Below, piece by piece: positions 13,720 to 28,007 of a stretch of 64,000 bases of DNA. The position numbers and the translations under genes were made by a program. Position 1 is the first letter of the stretch. Each line of letters opens with the position of its first letter. Under the pieces are notes generated by a model. That model was given only the letters and a program-made list of their open reading frames with translations. It made no database searches and was not told the DNA's origin. The DNA lies in assembly GCF_963921235.1 (NCBI RefSeq), contig NC_086100.1, forward strand, positions 159,464,001 through 159,528,000, read 5' to 3'. This DNA comes from Mobula hypostoma. Taxonomy: Eukaryota.

Positions 13720-15460
13720 TGCTCTCTGGCTCTACTCAGCCTTGGATAGCCTGGACAATAGCAATACACATGTCAGATTTCTCTTTACTGGTAACAGCTC
13801 AGCATTGAACACCATCATACCCTCAGTACGAATCAACAACCTCCAAAATCTGGGCCTCTATACCTCACTCTGTAAGTGGATTCTTGCTTTCTCATCGGAA
13901 GGTCACAATCAATGTAGGTCGGAAATAACATCTCCTCCTCACTGACAATCAACACTGGCGCACCTCAAGGATGCGTGTTTGGCTCACTGCTCTATGACTG
14001 TGCAGCTAGGCACAGCTCAAATGCCATCTGTAAGTTTGCCAATGACACAAGTTTTGTTGGCAGCATTTCAGATGGTGATGAGGCATACAGGAGTGAGATA
14101 GATCAGCTGGTGCAGTGGTGTCAAAACAACACCATTGCACTCAATGTCAGTAAGACCAAGGAATTGTGGACTTTAGGAAGGAAAGTTAAGGGAACACTCA
14201 TCAGTTCTCATCGATGGATCAGCAGTGGAAAGCATGAGCAGTTTCAGGTTCCTAGAAGTCAACATCTCCAAAGAACTAGCCTGAGCGTATTCATGCAATT
14301 ACAAAGAAGACACAACAGCATCTCCATTTCATTTGGGGTTTGAGGAGACTTGGTATGACCCGTGCAAAATTGTACAGGTATACTACGGAGAGCATTCTAA
14401 CTGACTGCATCACCTTCTGGTATGGAGGGGCTACGGCACAGGATCGGAAAAAGCTACAGAAAGTTACAAGCTCGGCCAGTTCTGTCATAGGCACTAGTCT
14501 CCCCAGCATCAACGACATCTTCAAAATGTAATGCCTCAAAAAGGTAGCACCAATCATTAAGCTCCCTCATCACCCTCTTCTCAATGCTACCGTCAAGGAG
14601 GAAGCACAGGGACCTGAAGACACACACTCAACTTTTTAGGAACAACTTCCTCCCCACTGCCATCAGATTTCTGAATGGACAATGAACACGTGTACATTAA
14701 CTTCCTGTTTTTTTTGCTCTCTTTTTGAAATACTTATTAAAATTATATTTATTTATATATTATATATACATATTTCTTATTGTACCTTATTTTTAAAATT
14801 TTGTACTGTAATGTACTCCTGCCACAAAACAACATATTTCACCACAAATGCCAGTGATATTAAATCTGATTCAAAAAGCATGGCAGCACCTGTACTTCCT
14901 TAGAAGACTGCGAAGATTTGGCATAACTTCATAAAACTTTGACAAACTTCTACAGATGTGTGGTGGAAAGTATATTGACTGGTTGCATCACGGCCTGGTA
15001 AGGAGACACCAATTCCCTTGAATGGAAAATCCTACAAAAACTAGTGGATATGGCCAAACACACAAAGCTTAGGCCCTCCCTACCATTCAGCACATCTACA
15101 CGAAGCACTGTCGCAGGAAAGCAGCATCCATCATCAGGGATCCCCACCATCCAGGTTCAGAAACAGTTCCCACAACCTAAGGGTTCTTCATCTCATGTTC
15201 TCAATATTGATTGCTTATTTATCTATATTTATCTATCTTGATTTATTATTTTTACAAATTTCTTTTGTATTTGCAGTTTGTTGTTTTTTTGCATATTGAT
15301 TGTTTGTCCGTCCTGTTGGGTGCAGTCTTTAATTGATTCTATTGTGTTTCTTGGAGTTACTGTGTATGCCTGCAAGAAAACAAACTTCAGGGTTGTATAT
15401 GGTAACATAGATGTACTTTGATAATAATTTACTTTGAACTTTGATTTGGATTCTGATTCT
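13720..15460 (+). mobile_element. Two tandem Rex1/Babar LINE fragments
   Basis: RT motifs NTGAPQGCV and KFANDT (decayed FADDT) and ESILT.CIT.WYG are present. The second copy starts at about 14880 and ends in an (ACTTTGA)n tail. Confidence 0.8.
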
Positions 15461-17959
15461 GCACCTGAAAATCTTGGCACATACTGGACAACTTGCTACA
15501 GGAAGTACTTCCTGGATAGATACCAGCAGGCTCAGCTTTCATTTGACAAAGCATTCGTTATTTGCCCTATTTTGGATGACTGAGTTTAAGTGACCTAACA
15601 TCAAAGATATTAAATACCTTTCAGTGATTAAATATTAAAGATAGCACCCACCCCAGTCCCTGTTCTTTTATCCAAAGGGATTGTTTACATCCATGTGACA
15701 GAGCTAGATGCAACCACAGGTTAGCGTTTTATCTGATGACTGTTATCAGCCTCCATGCTGTGCTTGCATTGCCAGTGTGGACCTAAGGACCTAGACCAGC
15801 ATGCAAGCCCGCGATCTGCTGCTTCTGAGCATTTAAGCTACAGCAGATGCCGCAGAGTACGAGGGAAGAGAGGGCTCTCCTTTGATCTTCTGCTACAAAC
15901 ATCACTAATATAGTTTAAAAACAAATTTAAACATCACTTTTTGAAAGTTTGATGATCTTTTTCACCTCTGAAACCGCACAGTGAAGTGATTTTATCAAAT
16001 GGACTTGTCTTTCTTACACATAAATATCTTCACTGATACCAACATCTAGCACTTAATCAAAACCATCCTTCAGCCGGCTAATTGAGATCTAACACCCTTG
16101 ACATCATTAACACAGGGTAACCACACTGAGACTGCCTTTAGTAAACCACACAAAATGCTGGAGGAACTCAGCAGGCCGGGCAAAGAGTAAACAGTCGACA
16201 TTTCGGCTGAGACTCTTCATCAGATTTCAGTAAACTTGTAGGTGGGGCAATTCTCCATTGACAAAGAAGATGTAACTATTCAAAATCAAGGTGATTCTGA
16301 AAATCCAAAATGAAAACAGAAACTGCTGGAAACACTCAGCAGATCACGCCAGCCTCTGTAAAAAGAAAAACTTCATATTTCAGGTCAAGTCTCCAAAATG
16401 AAATGTTAACTCTGTTTCTCTTTCCACAGGTCCTAATTGAGCAGCTGAGTGTTTGCAGCGTTTTCTGTAATTGCATTCAGTTTGTTAGAGCAAATGTTCT
16501 GATCAGCACTTTTGCCTTTCACTCAGTAGCTCACTGGAGAGTATTGCTGGTTATTGAAGTGACTGTCAGCTAAATCAACTGCAACCGACCTCGTGTTTAG
16601 GAAAGCTTCAAACCACACGCACAAGGGCTTCAGCAAGCTACTCTGGCAAGAATGCTGCACACTGCTTCTACGACTGGTTTTAGCAGAGCATGTGCATTCA
16701 ATATTTGGATTTGACGATATCTTTGGAGCAGAGACTCAATGGGCTAAGCAAATTGAGCTGGGCGGAAAGGAAAAATTGACATTGTTTCTCTTGCCAAAGT
16801 TATGTGGGATCTGTGTGGAGGGATTGGGGTGCATAGGGTGAATGGGAAGGTGAGAGGCTCAGCTCTGACAAGCCACACCTAGGTGACTGACAACACCAGA
16901 TCCCGGGCCAACAAATCTTCTGGTCACCAACTAGATAGATGAGTGTGATTGCACCAGGCAGGGTACAGGGTAGATTCACCAGGATGTCTCCTGAGTTGGA
17001 GTGTTTATGGAGAAAAATGGGGAGGGGAAAATGGACAGGAAATCGTCAAGGCACTGAAGCCTATGCATCGAGTGCTAGCAATCGGAATTAATACAGCCAG
17101 ATATTTAGTTAGCATGGACATGATGGACTGAGGAGCCTGATTTGGTGCCAAATGACTGATTATAGCTCAGAAGGAGAGAGCTCTTAACTATTAGATAGTT
17201 ATTTGTCCTCAGCTGCCTGTTCCAAGAATACAGGTAGCAGCTAGACACTGAACTCTGCTTCCATGATGCTAGTGGCATTGAATACAGGTGACTGAGGGTG
17301 AATTTAGGCAGGTCCTAATCTGGGAAATCCTGCAATTTGCAAGGATGTAGGGACTGGCTGTGAGAGTAGAACAGAAGCCGTGACTTGACTGAATGGTGGA
17401 GCAGGTTTTAGGGGCTGTGCGTCTCTTTATGATGTCCAAAGGCTTTATTATTTAATTAGTGTATCAAATTATGCTTTTTTAACCCAAATACAAAATATTC
17501 ATTATTTTATACTATGAAATTTTTAAAAATCCCTTGAAATACTCCATATCGTGTGCATAGCTTAACATTAAAATGAATAATACTACATGCCTAACAGGTA
17601 GCATCACTGGTGCTTTGCCAGTTTTTAAGTCTTTTTTTCCTGTATCGTCCGGATTACCTCACCTTAGTGAAGATCTCCTGCTGGTCATATGGCCAACAGT
17701 ACAATTCTCTTACGACAAAATCATTGTTCTTAAGCAAGCATTGACATTAACAGAAAGGACCAAAGTTTTATACATATAGCAGTGATAATAACTTTATCAT
17801 GTAGGCTACTATGATAGTTACTGCCATTTATTTTGTAAACGTAAATGCCTAGAAATTTATTGCTAGTTACTTAAGCTAAATATCCTTCAGGTTTCTCAAG
17901 CAGAATACACTGCTATCAAAAAGTGTGCTTAGCATGACTACTGGAGTCAAGTCCAAAAT

Positions 17960-18700
17960 AACAAGATGCTGGAGGAACTCGGTGGGTCAGGCAGAATCTG
18001 TGCAGGGAAATGGATAGTCAACATTTCAGTTCAAGACCCTTCATCTGGCTTGAGAGACAGAGGGGAGACGGCCAATAGAAAGAGAAGAGTGGAAGGGGTG
18101 GAGCAAGAACCGGCTCGAGACAGGTAGAGCCCGAGGAGGAGGAGGAGTGATTGCTTGACAGGGGAGGGAAGAATGGAAATAGTGACAGAGGCTGGGAGGT
18201 GATACCTTAAGACAATAAAGGGCTGCAGATGGTGGTATCTGATAGGAAAGGAAGGTGGAGCATGGAACTAAATAAGGGAGATGGGGAGGGGAACCAATGA
18301 GAGGAGTGTGTGGGCGATGGGCAGATGGAGTGGGTGGAGAAAGAAGAGGAGGAATGACACAGGATGATGGGGAGGGGGTGCTAGGCTGACTGGATAGATT
18401 AGGAGAGAGAAAATGGACAGAGGGGGAGCAGTTCACCTGAAATTTGAGAATTCAATGTTCAAGCCATCGGGTTGTGGAACGGCCAGGGGAATATGATGTG
18501 TTGTTCCTCTGCTTTGTACTTAGCCTCACCCTGGGATTGGTGGAGGCTGAGAATGGACAGGTCAGTGGGCGAATGGGGAGGAGAATTAAAATGGCTGGCG
18601 ATCAGAAACTCCCGCTTGTTGACTTTGCATTTCCCTCCACAGATGCTGCCTGATCTGTTGAGTTCCTCCTGCATTTTGTACTTTGCTCTAGATTCCAACA
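17960..18700 (-). mobile_element. Penelope-like element fragment with inverted termini
   Basis: ORF 18459-18719 contains ASHFNSPPHS.TDLSIL.L...EAK.K.EEQHIIF, the C-terminal part of a GIY-YIG endonuclease. Terminal repeats GATGCTGGAGGAACTC and GAGTTCCTCCTGCAT are in inverted orientation. Confidence 0.75.
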
Positions 18701-19055
18701 TCCCTGGTAGAGTAGACACAAGAAATTTGCAGATAAGTTTCTAGGCACAAGGATGGCGAGGGTGTGGGAGTCCTGCTGGAACTACCAACTTGTCCTGCTA
18801 TATTCAATCCAAACCATCCTTTTAGAGATTGTAAAATCAGCATTAATTCATGCCTGTGCTTTGATTAAGGTGTCATTAAGAAGCCATCGCAAAATCAAAT
18901 CAGTTAGAGTCGGCTATCCATGATTCTTGGCACTTACTCGCAGGCAGAACACACAATCATTCAGCACGGTAACAATCAAGGGAATCAACAGGGTTGGCAC
19001 TGCAGAAATCAGTGATTAGTCAGCGGTCGGGGTAGGTTGCGAAGGAGCGTTTCAC

Positions 19056-19139
19056 CTTTAAGTCCTCGAAGAAGGAAGCTGTTTCGCCCTCGATTATTGG
19101 TTTCAGTAAAGGGCTTCGCCGCTTGCTCGAAGGGGAACC
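19056..19139 (-). CDS. FAM13A: FAM13A 84-nt symmetric exon: [28 protein letters not shown]
   Basis: AG/GT boundaries; phases 0/0; strong match to FAM13A. Confidence 0.95.
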
Positions 19140-19359
19140 CTGTGGTGGGCGTTAACAGGCAGGTTATGTTTGTTCAGGCCAACACCTGACCCTAGTGCCC
19201 GTCCCATCTACAGCCCGCTCGTCTCAGCATAACCAGGCTGAATGCAGTCAGCTTCTGCGACAAGTGGAAGAGCCAGTGTTGCCAACCTGAAAGCCCTCAC
19301 GAGAACGGACTTTTGCTTGCGAGGGAACAGGCAGAGATGAAAGGAGATGAAGGGGGAAC

Positions 19360-19660
19360 TGGCAACAGCTGGTAGACCTGGATTCAGTCCCAGCATTTGC
19401 TACTGTCTATGTGGAGAGTGCACGCTCTCCCCGTGACTTCGTGATTCTCTCCCAGGTGCTCCATTCCCAAAGTGCGGCTTGGGAGGTCGTGAGGCTGGGA
19501 CTGTTGTAAATCATCCTAATACAGAGGTGAGTGGAAGAACCTGGGGTGACGGGGGTTGGGGGGAGCTGTTGGAAATGTGAGCAGCTAAGTTGCAGGAAAA
19601 ATTAGAGGGGAATTTGTGAGCTGGCATACTCGATGGACCGAATAGCCTCCTGCTTTCTCA
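19360..19660 (+). mobile_element. V-SINE fragment
   Basis: TGTCTATGTGGAGAGTGCACGCTCTCCCCGTGAC...CAGGTGCTCC, a V-domain motif. Confidence 0.55.
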
Positions 19661-20841
19661 CAGAAAACATGGCAATATGGTAAAATGAAAAGCAGACATC
19701 TGCTTGCTTTAGAGCGGTGAGAGAGGAGCGAGCACAGTTTCTTGTTTCACACATTTATCTTTAGAACCCTCATAATTCTGCTCACCCACAGTCAGCTGCC
19801 ACTCCCAACAGAAACAAAGCAAACCTGGAAATGGAAGATGTGCAAACCACACTTTACCCATAACCCACACACTTGATTGTCTGCCCTCAAACCTGACAAG
19901 GCTGAATCAGCCATATCCAAGCTTTGATTTAGGAGGGTCTTCTTTTCTCCTTTTAATCAATTCCCTAGCTAACTCAAGGACTCCTCAAGATACAAGTCAT
20001 TCTATAAGTACCCAATGTGCATGACATGTTGGGTTACGAGCCAGGTGGCAATAAGGTAGACTTAAGATATAGATATGCCATGATCCAAGTGAATTATAGA
20101 ATAGGCTTAATGGGTTGAATGGCCATGTGATACACAATCAATAGGGATGAGAAGATCTAGTTTACCAGGAAGCTCACAGGGCTATCAAAAATCAAACAGG
20201 ATGCAACACCAAATACAAGTTACAAAAGGTTCTGTGTTGACTGAGAACTAAGGACTGAAATGGCTGGATGGGGTCATCTCTGAGCTTAGTCCTCTGGTCC
20301 ATGCTCACATTGAAGAGTGTTCTGGCAACAACTGTGAGACTCCGGTCTCTGGCTTTCTGCTCATTAAAATTGTGGGATGGGAAAATCAAAAGATTACAGA
20401 GTTGTTGGGATCCTGATGGGGTTTTCCAATGTTTGGTCCTTACAAAGAGTCCTCAGGAACAGATGCAGGAAGCAAGGGGCAAGGTCACACCAGGGGCTAG
20501 AAGATCATGAGAGAATCTGAGCGAATCCCTCACAATGCATTAAAAGTCAAAACATAACAACTCTGTCAAAACACCTTGGTATAATTGTAAACTACGTTGT
20601 TCAAGATTTGATCTGCAGTTTGAATTCATTTCACAGCTGTAATTTCAGTTAAAAAAAAAAGCTTAGCCTGGCACCAGGAAGGACTCCACACCAGTCAACT
20701 GCTGAGACAAGACACCGCTCCCTCCTGTCTCACAACCAGATGCCACAGCTGTCACCCTCTGAAATAGACTTTTATCTGTTGGCCTGAAGTCAGATTCCAT
20801 GTCCGTAACCCAATTTCAGTGACCCTCACACATTTACTTAC

Positions 20842-20937
20842 AATGACAGGGATGGTGTTTGCCCGGGACAGAATCTGCTTCACCAGACGGTAGCGATCAT
20901 AAAGAGGCATCATTATCTGTCTCTCTGCCTTTGTGAC
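20842..20937 (-). CDS. FAM13A: FAM13A exon: [32 protein letters not shown]
   Basis: 96 nt; CAG acceptor and GTAAGT donor; phases 0/0. Confidence 0.96.
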
Positions 20938-21229
20938 CTGTAAATAAGTCAGGACATTAGGTTTCTAGTCAGAAGAGTGTTGCCATTCCTCTAGGAATGC
21001 ATCAGAAATCAGCACTTGACAATGTAAAACATCAAGCAGGAGGTTTAACATCAATAGATGGAAATTCCCGTTCCAGAAAAGCTGCAACTTCCAGAATTCT
21101 AGCGAAGTTTCAGGAAATGCTTCAAAGAAAGGAACAAAGACTTTAGAAGAATTAACTGATGCTAATGGGAAATAGCATCACAAGGAAAAGAGTTGTCTGT
21201 GATGCCAAAATCCAGTTAGAGTCTTTGGA

Positions 21230-21610
21230 GTCATACAGCTCAGGAACAGCTTAACTTGTCCATACTGACTAGGCTGTCTACTTGAGCTGGATCCATCTGC
21301 CTGCATTTGGCCCATAGCCCTCTAAGCCTTTCCTATCCATGTACCTATATCTTTTAAATATTGTACAGGTATTTTGTACCTCCTCTACAGCCTCCTCCGG
21401 CAGCTCATTCCATATAACCATAACCATCACTCTTTGTGTGGAAACAGCTGCCCCTGAGATCTCATTTAAAACTTTTCTCCCTCACCTTAAACCTATACTC
21501 TCTAGTCTTAGAATCCCCTGCTCTGAGAAAAAGACTGTACCTTACCCATGCCTCTCATGATTTTATATACCTCCATTTTGTTATGCTTCATCCTCCTACT
21601 TTCCCAAGAA
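21230..21610 (-). mobile_element. CR1 3' fragment
   Basis: Reverse-complement CR1 3' region (cctgcatttggcccatagccctctaagcctttcctatcc). Confidence 0.7.
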
Positions 21611-23355
21611 TAACAGCATCAGCACCAAATAACAAATTAAACTCAGGAGCTGTTTTTTTAAATTTCAAAAATAATCTATTCTTAATAAGAAAAATAAATA
21701 CAGAAGGATAAACATGGTGTAAGACACTTTATATTCCTCGTATCACTTGGTCAATAACATGAACACATTTTTCAACACAGCACCATTGCTACTATTGTGG
21801 TCCCCTGGCATGTTGCACTCTTCTGCTGTTTAGAACCTTCCCATCAGATTCAGCCCAGCATTATCTAGGTAGACTGTGGTTCTTCCCCACAGAGCCTTTG
21901 TGTTGGCTACGTCAAGTTTCAGTGCATCCCTCTGCATGCACCCCTGCAACCTGGAATGCAGCAGTTGGCAGCATTTCCTTCCGGATGTCTCGTGTGCTGG
22001 AAGACCAACAAGCTTTGGGCAGACCAAAGCAACTGTTGCCATGTGTTAGACTGAGAACATAGAAATCAAGAACGGGAGACCATTTGGTCCTGAGTCTACT
22101 CCATTGTTCAATGTCGTAGCTATAGTACCTCAGTGCCATTTTCATGCACTTTCCCCAGTACGCTGATACCCCTTGATGTACAGAAACCTATTCAATCTGT
22201 TTTTGATTAACTCAATGTCTCCATAGTACATAACCTAAAGATCGACTACCCTCTGAATGAAGAAATTCTTCCTCCTTTCTGTCCTCAACATCTGTGACTT
22301 ACTCTGAATTCTGGTTCCATGCTCTTTAGCCAGGAGGAAAGTCTTCCATTCAGCCTGTTAAACCTTATTATTTTATTTTATTTTAATTAAATGCAGTCGT
22401 GAACAATATCCAGGTCAGAAATGCTGATCAAGTCATCTAGTTCCCAAAGAGAACTCTGATAGGCCAATCAGATAGTTCACTGCTAATAACTCTTTTCATG
22501 GGTTCAATGAGATCTCTTCTCTTTCTTCTAAATTCCTGAGAATGCTGGTGTAATCTACCCTATCTCTCATTGTAGGTAAACGTGCTATACCTGAAAAAGT
22601 ATAGACACATCAGTTCACTCCCTCGATCTCAGGTTTTAGGCAGGGAGACTAAAACTGTACAAGACTCTATGTACAATATTTCCAAGTCCCTCACTGTAGT
22701 GAGGTGATTATACTTTTGGACTCCAATCCTCTCATAATCAGATGGTCATGTGTCCTGCAGCAGATGGAACACGGGCTGAGCTTCCTCACCTACATGCAGA
22801 AGTGGCCTGGAGCCATCTTTCCATTCTGGCTTCCTGCAGCCTAACATGATATCCCATGAAGAGAGGTGTTATGTGTAAAATCTTGATTAGATAAGAAGTC
22901 AAGAAAACTGTACGTAACTCTGGTATCCCGTCATGAATATAATGTGGAAGGCTGCTGAAGGCAAAGGGAACATGGTTAATATCCCGTAGTTCCATCTTTC
23001 TAATTGAAATGTTAGGGCTTTTTCCTTTTTAAAAAGTCATCATGGGATCATTAGAGCAGAGATGAAAATGTATCCATTTTTTGAGTCCAAAACAAGAAGG
23101 CATCAATCTCTAGTAAATCTAATAGAAATTCAGGAGAAGCTAACAGGATGGTGAGAAAATGGAAGGGGTTCCCACAGCAGAGGTTGTAGTACTCAGCTAA
23201 GGTACTTGCAGGAGGCAGCTGGAAGTGACAGAATGTTGACAGGGTTCAGTGAGTTGTGGCCAGAGGAGCAATGCTTAGAGTACATGCAGGGACCACAGTC
23301 AGATGGGCTGAATGGCCTGTTTCCATATTGCAAATAAAGAAAAGGAAATACCTAC

Positions 23356-23439
23356 CGGTCTCCCGTGGATGCTCTCGTAGTACAGAAGCCCCTTCTGAAG
23401 AGCAACCTTCTCGTTAGCTATCTCATCTCGGGTCATGTC
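23356..23439 (-). CDS. FAM13A: FAM13A exon: DMTRDEIANEKVALQKGLLYYESIHGRP
   Basis: 84 nt; AG/GT boundaries; phases 0/0. Confidence 0.96.
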
Positions 23440-24281
23440 CTGTTCAGGGAGAGACACACACCTAGATGAATGCACACTAGCAACATGCTGTCTGAACTAC
23501 CGACCGACCAGCTTAGTGAGCCAAGCACATCTGAGGAATGCCCAAAGCAACAACAAAGAAATGGCTCCCACATTGTACAGTGGCTGCAGTTTTCAGTTCT
23601 GCTGACACTTCAACAGGAAAAGAAACATGGTGGTATTAAATGGTCGTCAGTTCCTTGTCTGCATTTGGTCCTCACTGCCCAACGGGAACCTAATATTAAT
23701 ACCCTCCCCCCTCGTTCACATAACGCTGAAGATTACTGTCTCACTGTAGAACAAGACAGACCGGCTGAGGCAGTGAGATGGAAGATGGAGATAGAAAAGG
23801 AAACATGTTTACATAACTTTCTGGAAGGGCGAATGATTAGCTGGATTTCTTAGACAATTGCTCCTGCAGGCTGCAAAGTTACCATGGAAACATTCTGGTC
23901 AATACTGGATCCCACAGCGATGGCCTCCTGCCTTGACAACTACTATGAAGGGTCTCGGCCCGAAACATTAATTCTTTATTCCTCTCCATAGATGCTGCCT
24001 GACCTCAGCATTTTGTGTGTTACTCTCAAATAATACAAAGCTGTGTGTTGGTGGAAAGATAAATACTGGGCTGTACAAGGGTGAAGACCTCTTCTTTGAC
24101 GTAGTGCCGTGGGATACTTTACAACTAGCCAATAGTGTGGCTTAATGTGATACCTAAAGGAAGACACCTTCCTTGGGCTGGGCTCCTGGCGGGAGACAAT
24201 GAATTGTGTCCTTTGATTCGGGTGTTGAGTCTGCTACACAAGGTTGTTATTGACATCAGGGCACTGTAGATTTTACCTTAC

Positions 24282-24514
24282 CTTTATATCTTCAGGGCGA
24301 TTCACCTCAGCACGCTTCTCCTGCAATTTCTTCAGGATGGTGTCAAGTGTTGTCTCCACTGAGGGCTTCTGCACTTTCTCTGCCACCTCCTGCTTCTTCT
24401 CCTGCTCCTTCTCTGGCCCCCTCTCTAGCTGCGACCCAAAGCTCTTGGGCAGGGTGTTGCTGCGCTGCCTCACCTGGGGAATGATGTCTTCTTCGGGTAC
24501 CTTCAGCTTTGCAT
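24282..24514 (-). CDS. FAM13A: FAM13A exon: (D)AKLKVPEEDIIPQVRQRSNTLPKSFGSQLE...RPEDIK
   Basis: 233 nt; phases 1/0; lies within ORF 24273-24587. Confidence 0.96.
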
Positions 24515-25649
24515 CTGCCGGAGATGCACAACACAGAGAAATGAATGAAACCCAACAGCAACCAATGGTGCAGAGGATCTTGGGCAAGTTTACACTTTGG
24601 ACAGATGATCAGCTGATTAATCCTGGGTTCTGTTTCTAAAGCCCCAACAGGAACTAAGCTCCAGATCACAACTCATCTTCGCTTAAAAATTTCCCTCTTA
24701 ACCTTACTTGAAACTTTGTCCCCAAAGTTCTACATGTCTCCACACGCTCTTGAACCATATGCCTGTAAATCACGCTATTTACTTTATCCAAATCAATCAT
24801 GTGCTTGTTCACTTCAATCAAATCCCCCCCTCCTGCTTCGCTTCAAGAACAACCACAGCCTTTTTTATTAGCCCAACAGAAAAATGAAAAAGGCTTGTGC
24901 TCTATTTAGTTTCTGGTGAGAGCAAGGGTGGGGAAATCAGATTTATTATCACTGACTTATATGATGTGAATTTTCTTGTTTTGTAGCAGTAGATAGTGCA
25001 GAGACATAAAATTGCTATGAACTACAAAATTAAATTAATAGGGTAAACAAAAAAAATGAGATGGACTTCTCAGTATTCTGACAATGGAAGGGATGCTTAT
25101 AAGGTTAATTGGAGAAGAAGCCCTTGTTATCCATGAGAGGTGGGGGAACAGACTTCCCACAGAAAGGAAGAAAACACAGACACCTCTTCTCTGCATCCAA
25201 CACACCATCAAATAAACATAAATGCCCTATAATGTTCCAAAGGCATTTAAATATTTGAATAAACACTTCAGCTTACAATCTTCATCCACTGAAACTGACA
25301 AATAATGATGGGTGTTGAAATCTCTAGTACAAGGTGTATTAATAAAGACTGCTGTCTATTAGAACAGTGTACAGTGGGGAGTTACTTGACGCAAGTGGTA
25401 CAAGCATTGATCACCATATTTATACAGACAATGACTAGTTTCTCAATGTGGATATGTATGGAGATATATTGAGCTGTCAGAGATGTGAACAGTAACAATC
25501 TTTAGGAGATACCTGTCGAGGCAAAATGGGATATAGAATTAAGGCATGCAAGTGGAATTTGTGCAAAGAGGCATGATGGTTGGCATAGACACAGTGGCCC
25601 ACTGGCCCTGTTTCTGTGATGTATAACTCCATGATAATGTCTATAGTTC

Positions 25650-26230
25650 TATTGATGTGGAGTGGAAAGTGTATTGACTGGCTGCATCATGGCCTGGTAT
25701 GGGAACACCAATGCCTTTGAATGGAAAGTCCTACAAAAAGTAGTAGATTTGGCACAGTACCACATGAGTAAAGCCCTCCCAACCACTGAGCACATCCACA
25801 TGAAATGCTGTCATAGGAAAGCAGCATCCCTCATCAAAGATCCCCACCACCCCGGCCACTCTCTTTTCTCGCTGCTGCCATCAGGTAGAAGGTACAAGTG
25901 TCTCAGGACTCGCACCACCAAGTCAAGAACAGTTATTATCCCTCAAACATCAGGCTCTTGAATAAAAGAGGATAACTACACTCATCTATTGAGATGTTCC
26001 CACAACAAATGACTTTTTATCTTATTTCATGCTCTCATTATTTATTGCTATTTATTTATATTTGCATTTGCAGTTTGTCACCTTCTATGCTCTACTTGAT
26101 CTTTCATTGATCCTGTTTATAGTTACTATTCTATAGATTTGCTAAATATGCCTACTGGAAAAAGAATCTCAAGGTTGTATGTGTTGACATACTGTACTCT
26201 GTTAATAAAATTTAATTTGACTTTGACTAC
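25650..26230 (+). mobile_element. Rex1/Babar LINE 3' fragment
   Basis: ORF 25662-25961 reads ESVLTGCIMAWYG...IKDPHHPGHSLFSLLPSGRRY; a (TTTGAC)n tail follows. Confidence 0.85.
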
Positions 26231-26585
26231 AGTTGTATATTAGAAAATTTCAGGATGGGGCAGATCACAAGTATATGGAGCTTTGGACTGGAAATCAGTG
26301 GATAATATGGACTGAGTATAAGATATTTGGGTGCCTCTGCAATAGGGTATTTAACCTGACGCTAATACATGATGGTGCATGAGGTGGGGGAGGGGGAGGG
26401 TGGCGAGAATATTGAGATGCTAGATAGATGTTTGTGGTAGGAGAGGTAAATGTAAAAAATGTACCAGGTGATTTGATGGACAAATATTTCAGAAATTACA
26501 ATCCATCTCCAATACTTGCAATGTAGGAAAAATGTTCCAAACTCCCTACCCTGAGTGTCTGATAAATTAAGACAAACAAGCCTTA

Positions 26586-26810
<225 letters not shown>

Positions 26811-28007
26811 CTAGAGGTCCATCAGCCTGGGCTTTGACAAATGAATGCAAATTACAGCAGTTTCCAGAGCTACAGGACAGGTTTAGTGAAATCTCCTCCA
26901 TCATTGTGCCCAACAAACTCACACCAAACCAGTGGATCTTGGTGAAGGCACCAAGAACAAAAACCAACAAGAAAAAATGCTGAAAATCTAAAATGAAAAA
27001 CAGAAAATGCTGGAAATATTCAGGTTAGGTCATACCTTTCGGAAGAGAAATAGTTATTCTTCTGTATTTCCAGCATTTTGTGTTTTTATTTTAAGCCACA
27101 CAGGACAAAAACTCCTTAACATGAACTCTGATCTCTCGATCCACCTCGTCATGGCCTTTGTATCAGATATGTCTCCCTTTATTATTGTTTTTCTCTTTGT
27201 ACTACTTGAATGTACTTATGTTTGGAATGATATGCCTGGATGGTTTGCAAAACAATTTTTCACTGTACCTCAGTAAACATGACAGTACTAATTAATTGCC
27301 TTCCTGATCCCAACACCTTTCGATATCTACAAGGAAAATGTGGAGCATGATAGAATCTCTTCCTCTGGCTGGTATGACATAATTCATTCAAAGGCTTGAG
27401 ACAGTACAGTAAGCCCTGACCTGGTAAACTCCAAAAACCTCATTCAGTAATAATCCCTCCACACTGTGTCTGGAGTGCGTGCTGTTTTTACAGAACTAAC
27501 CAAACAGCAGCTCCTCAACCCGTGAACTTCCACCAGCTCTGAAGACACGGGTAGCAGACACACGGGAACACCACCCTTTGCAGTTCACCTCCAAGTTACA
27601 TATCACGCCAATTTGGAACTATAACACTGTCCTTTTATTGCCTCTGAGTCTAAATCCCGAGACGTCACACCTTCACCAGTGGTTCATGGCGCTGGCTCTA
27701 ACTCCTTTCAATTGATGGACAATAAATGCTGACTCTACAAGGTAAATGAATTTAAAAATCCAGTGTTTATCACACTTGCCAAGAGGAGCATCAACCCTAT
27801 ATTAGTGTTAAAACTCCATTGAATGCACACATTCTACATCACAACAGTAACTGAGAAAGACTGTATAAAGTCATGGAAGACATTGCTGGTAAAAAAGGTG
27901 GATGACTGGCAAGGATTCGGTCGGCCCAAGGGTCTGTTTCTCTGCTGTACACCTCCAGAACAGAACAAGGCTTCCATCAATCTCTCCAGACTTTTGACAG
28001 GACTTAC

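Noticed and set aside
15811-15900. H/ACA snoRNA (AGAGTA box, ACA)
   Set aside because: The boxes fall on the strand antisense to the host gene and the second hairpin is too short.
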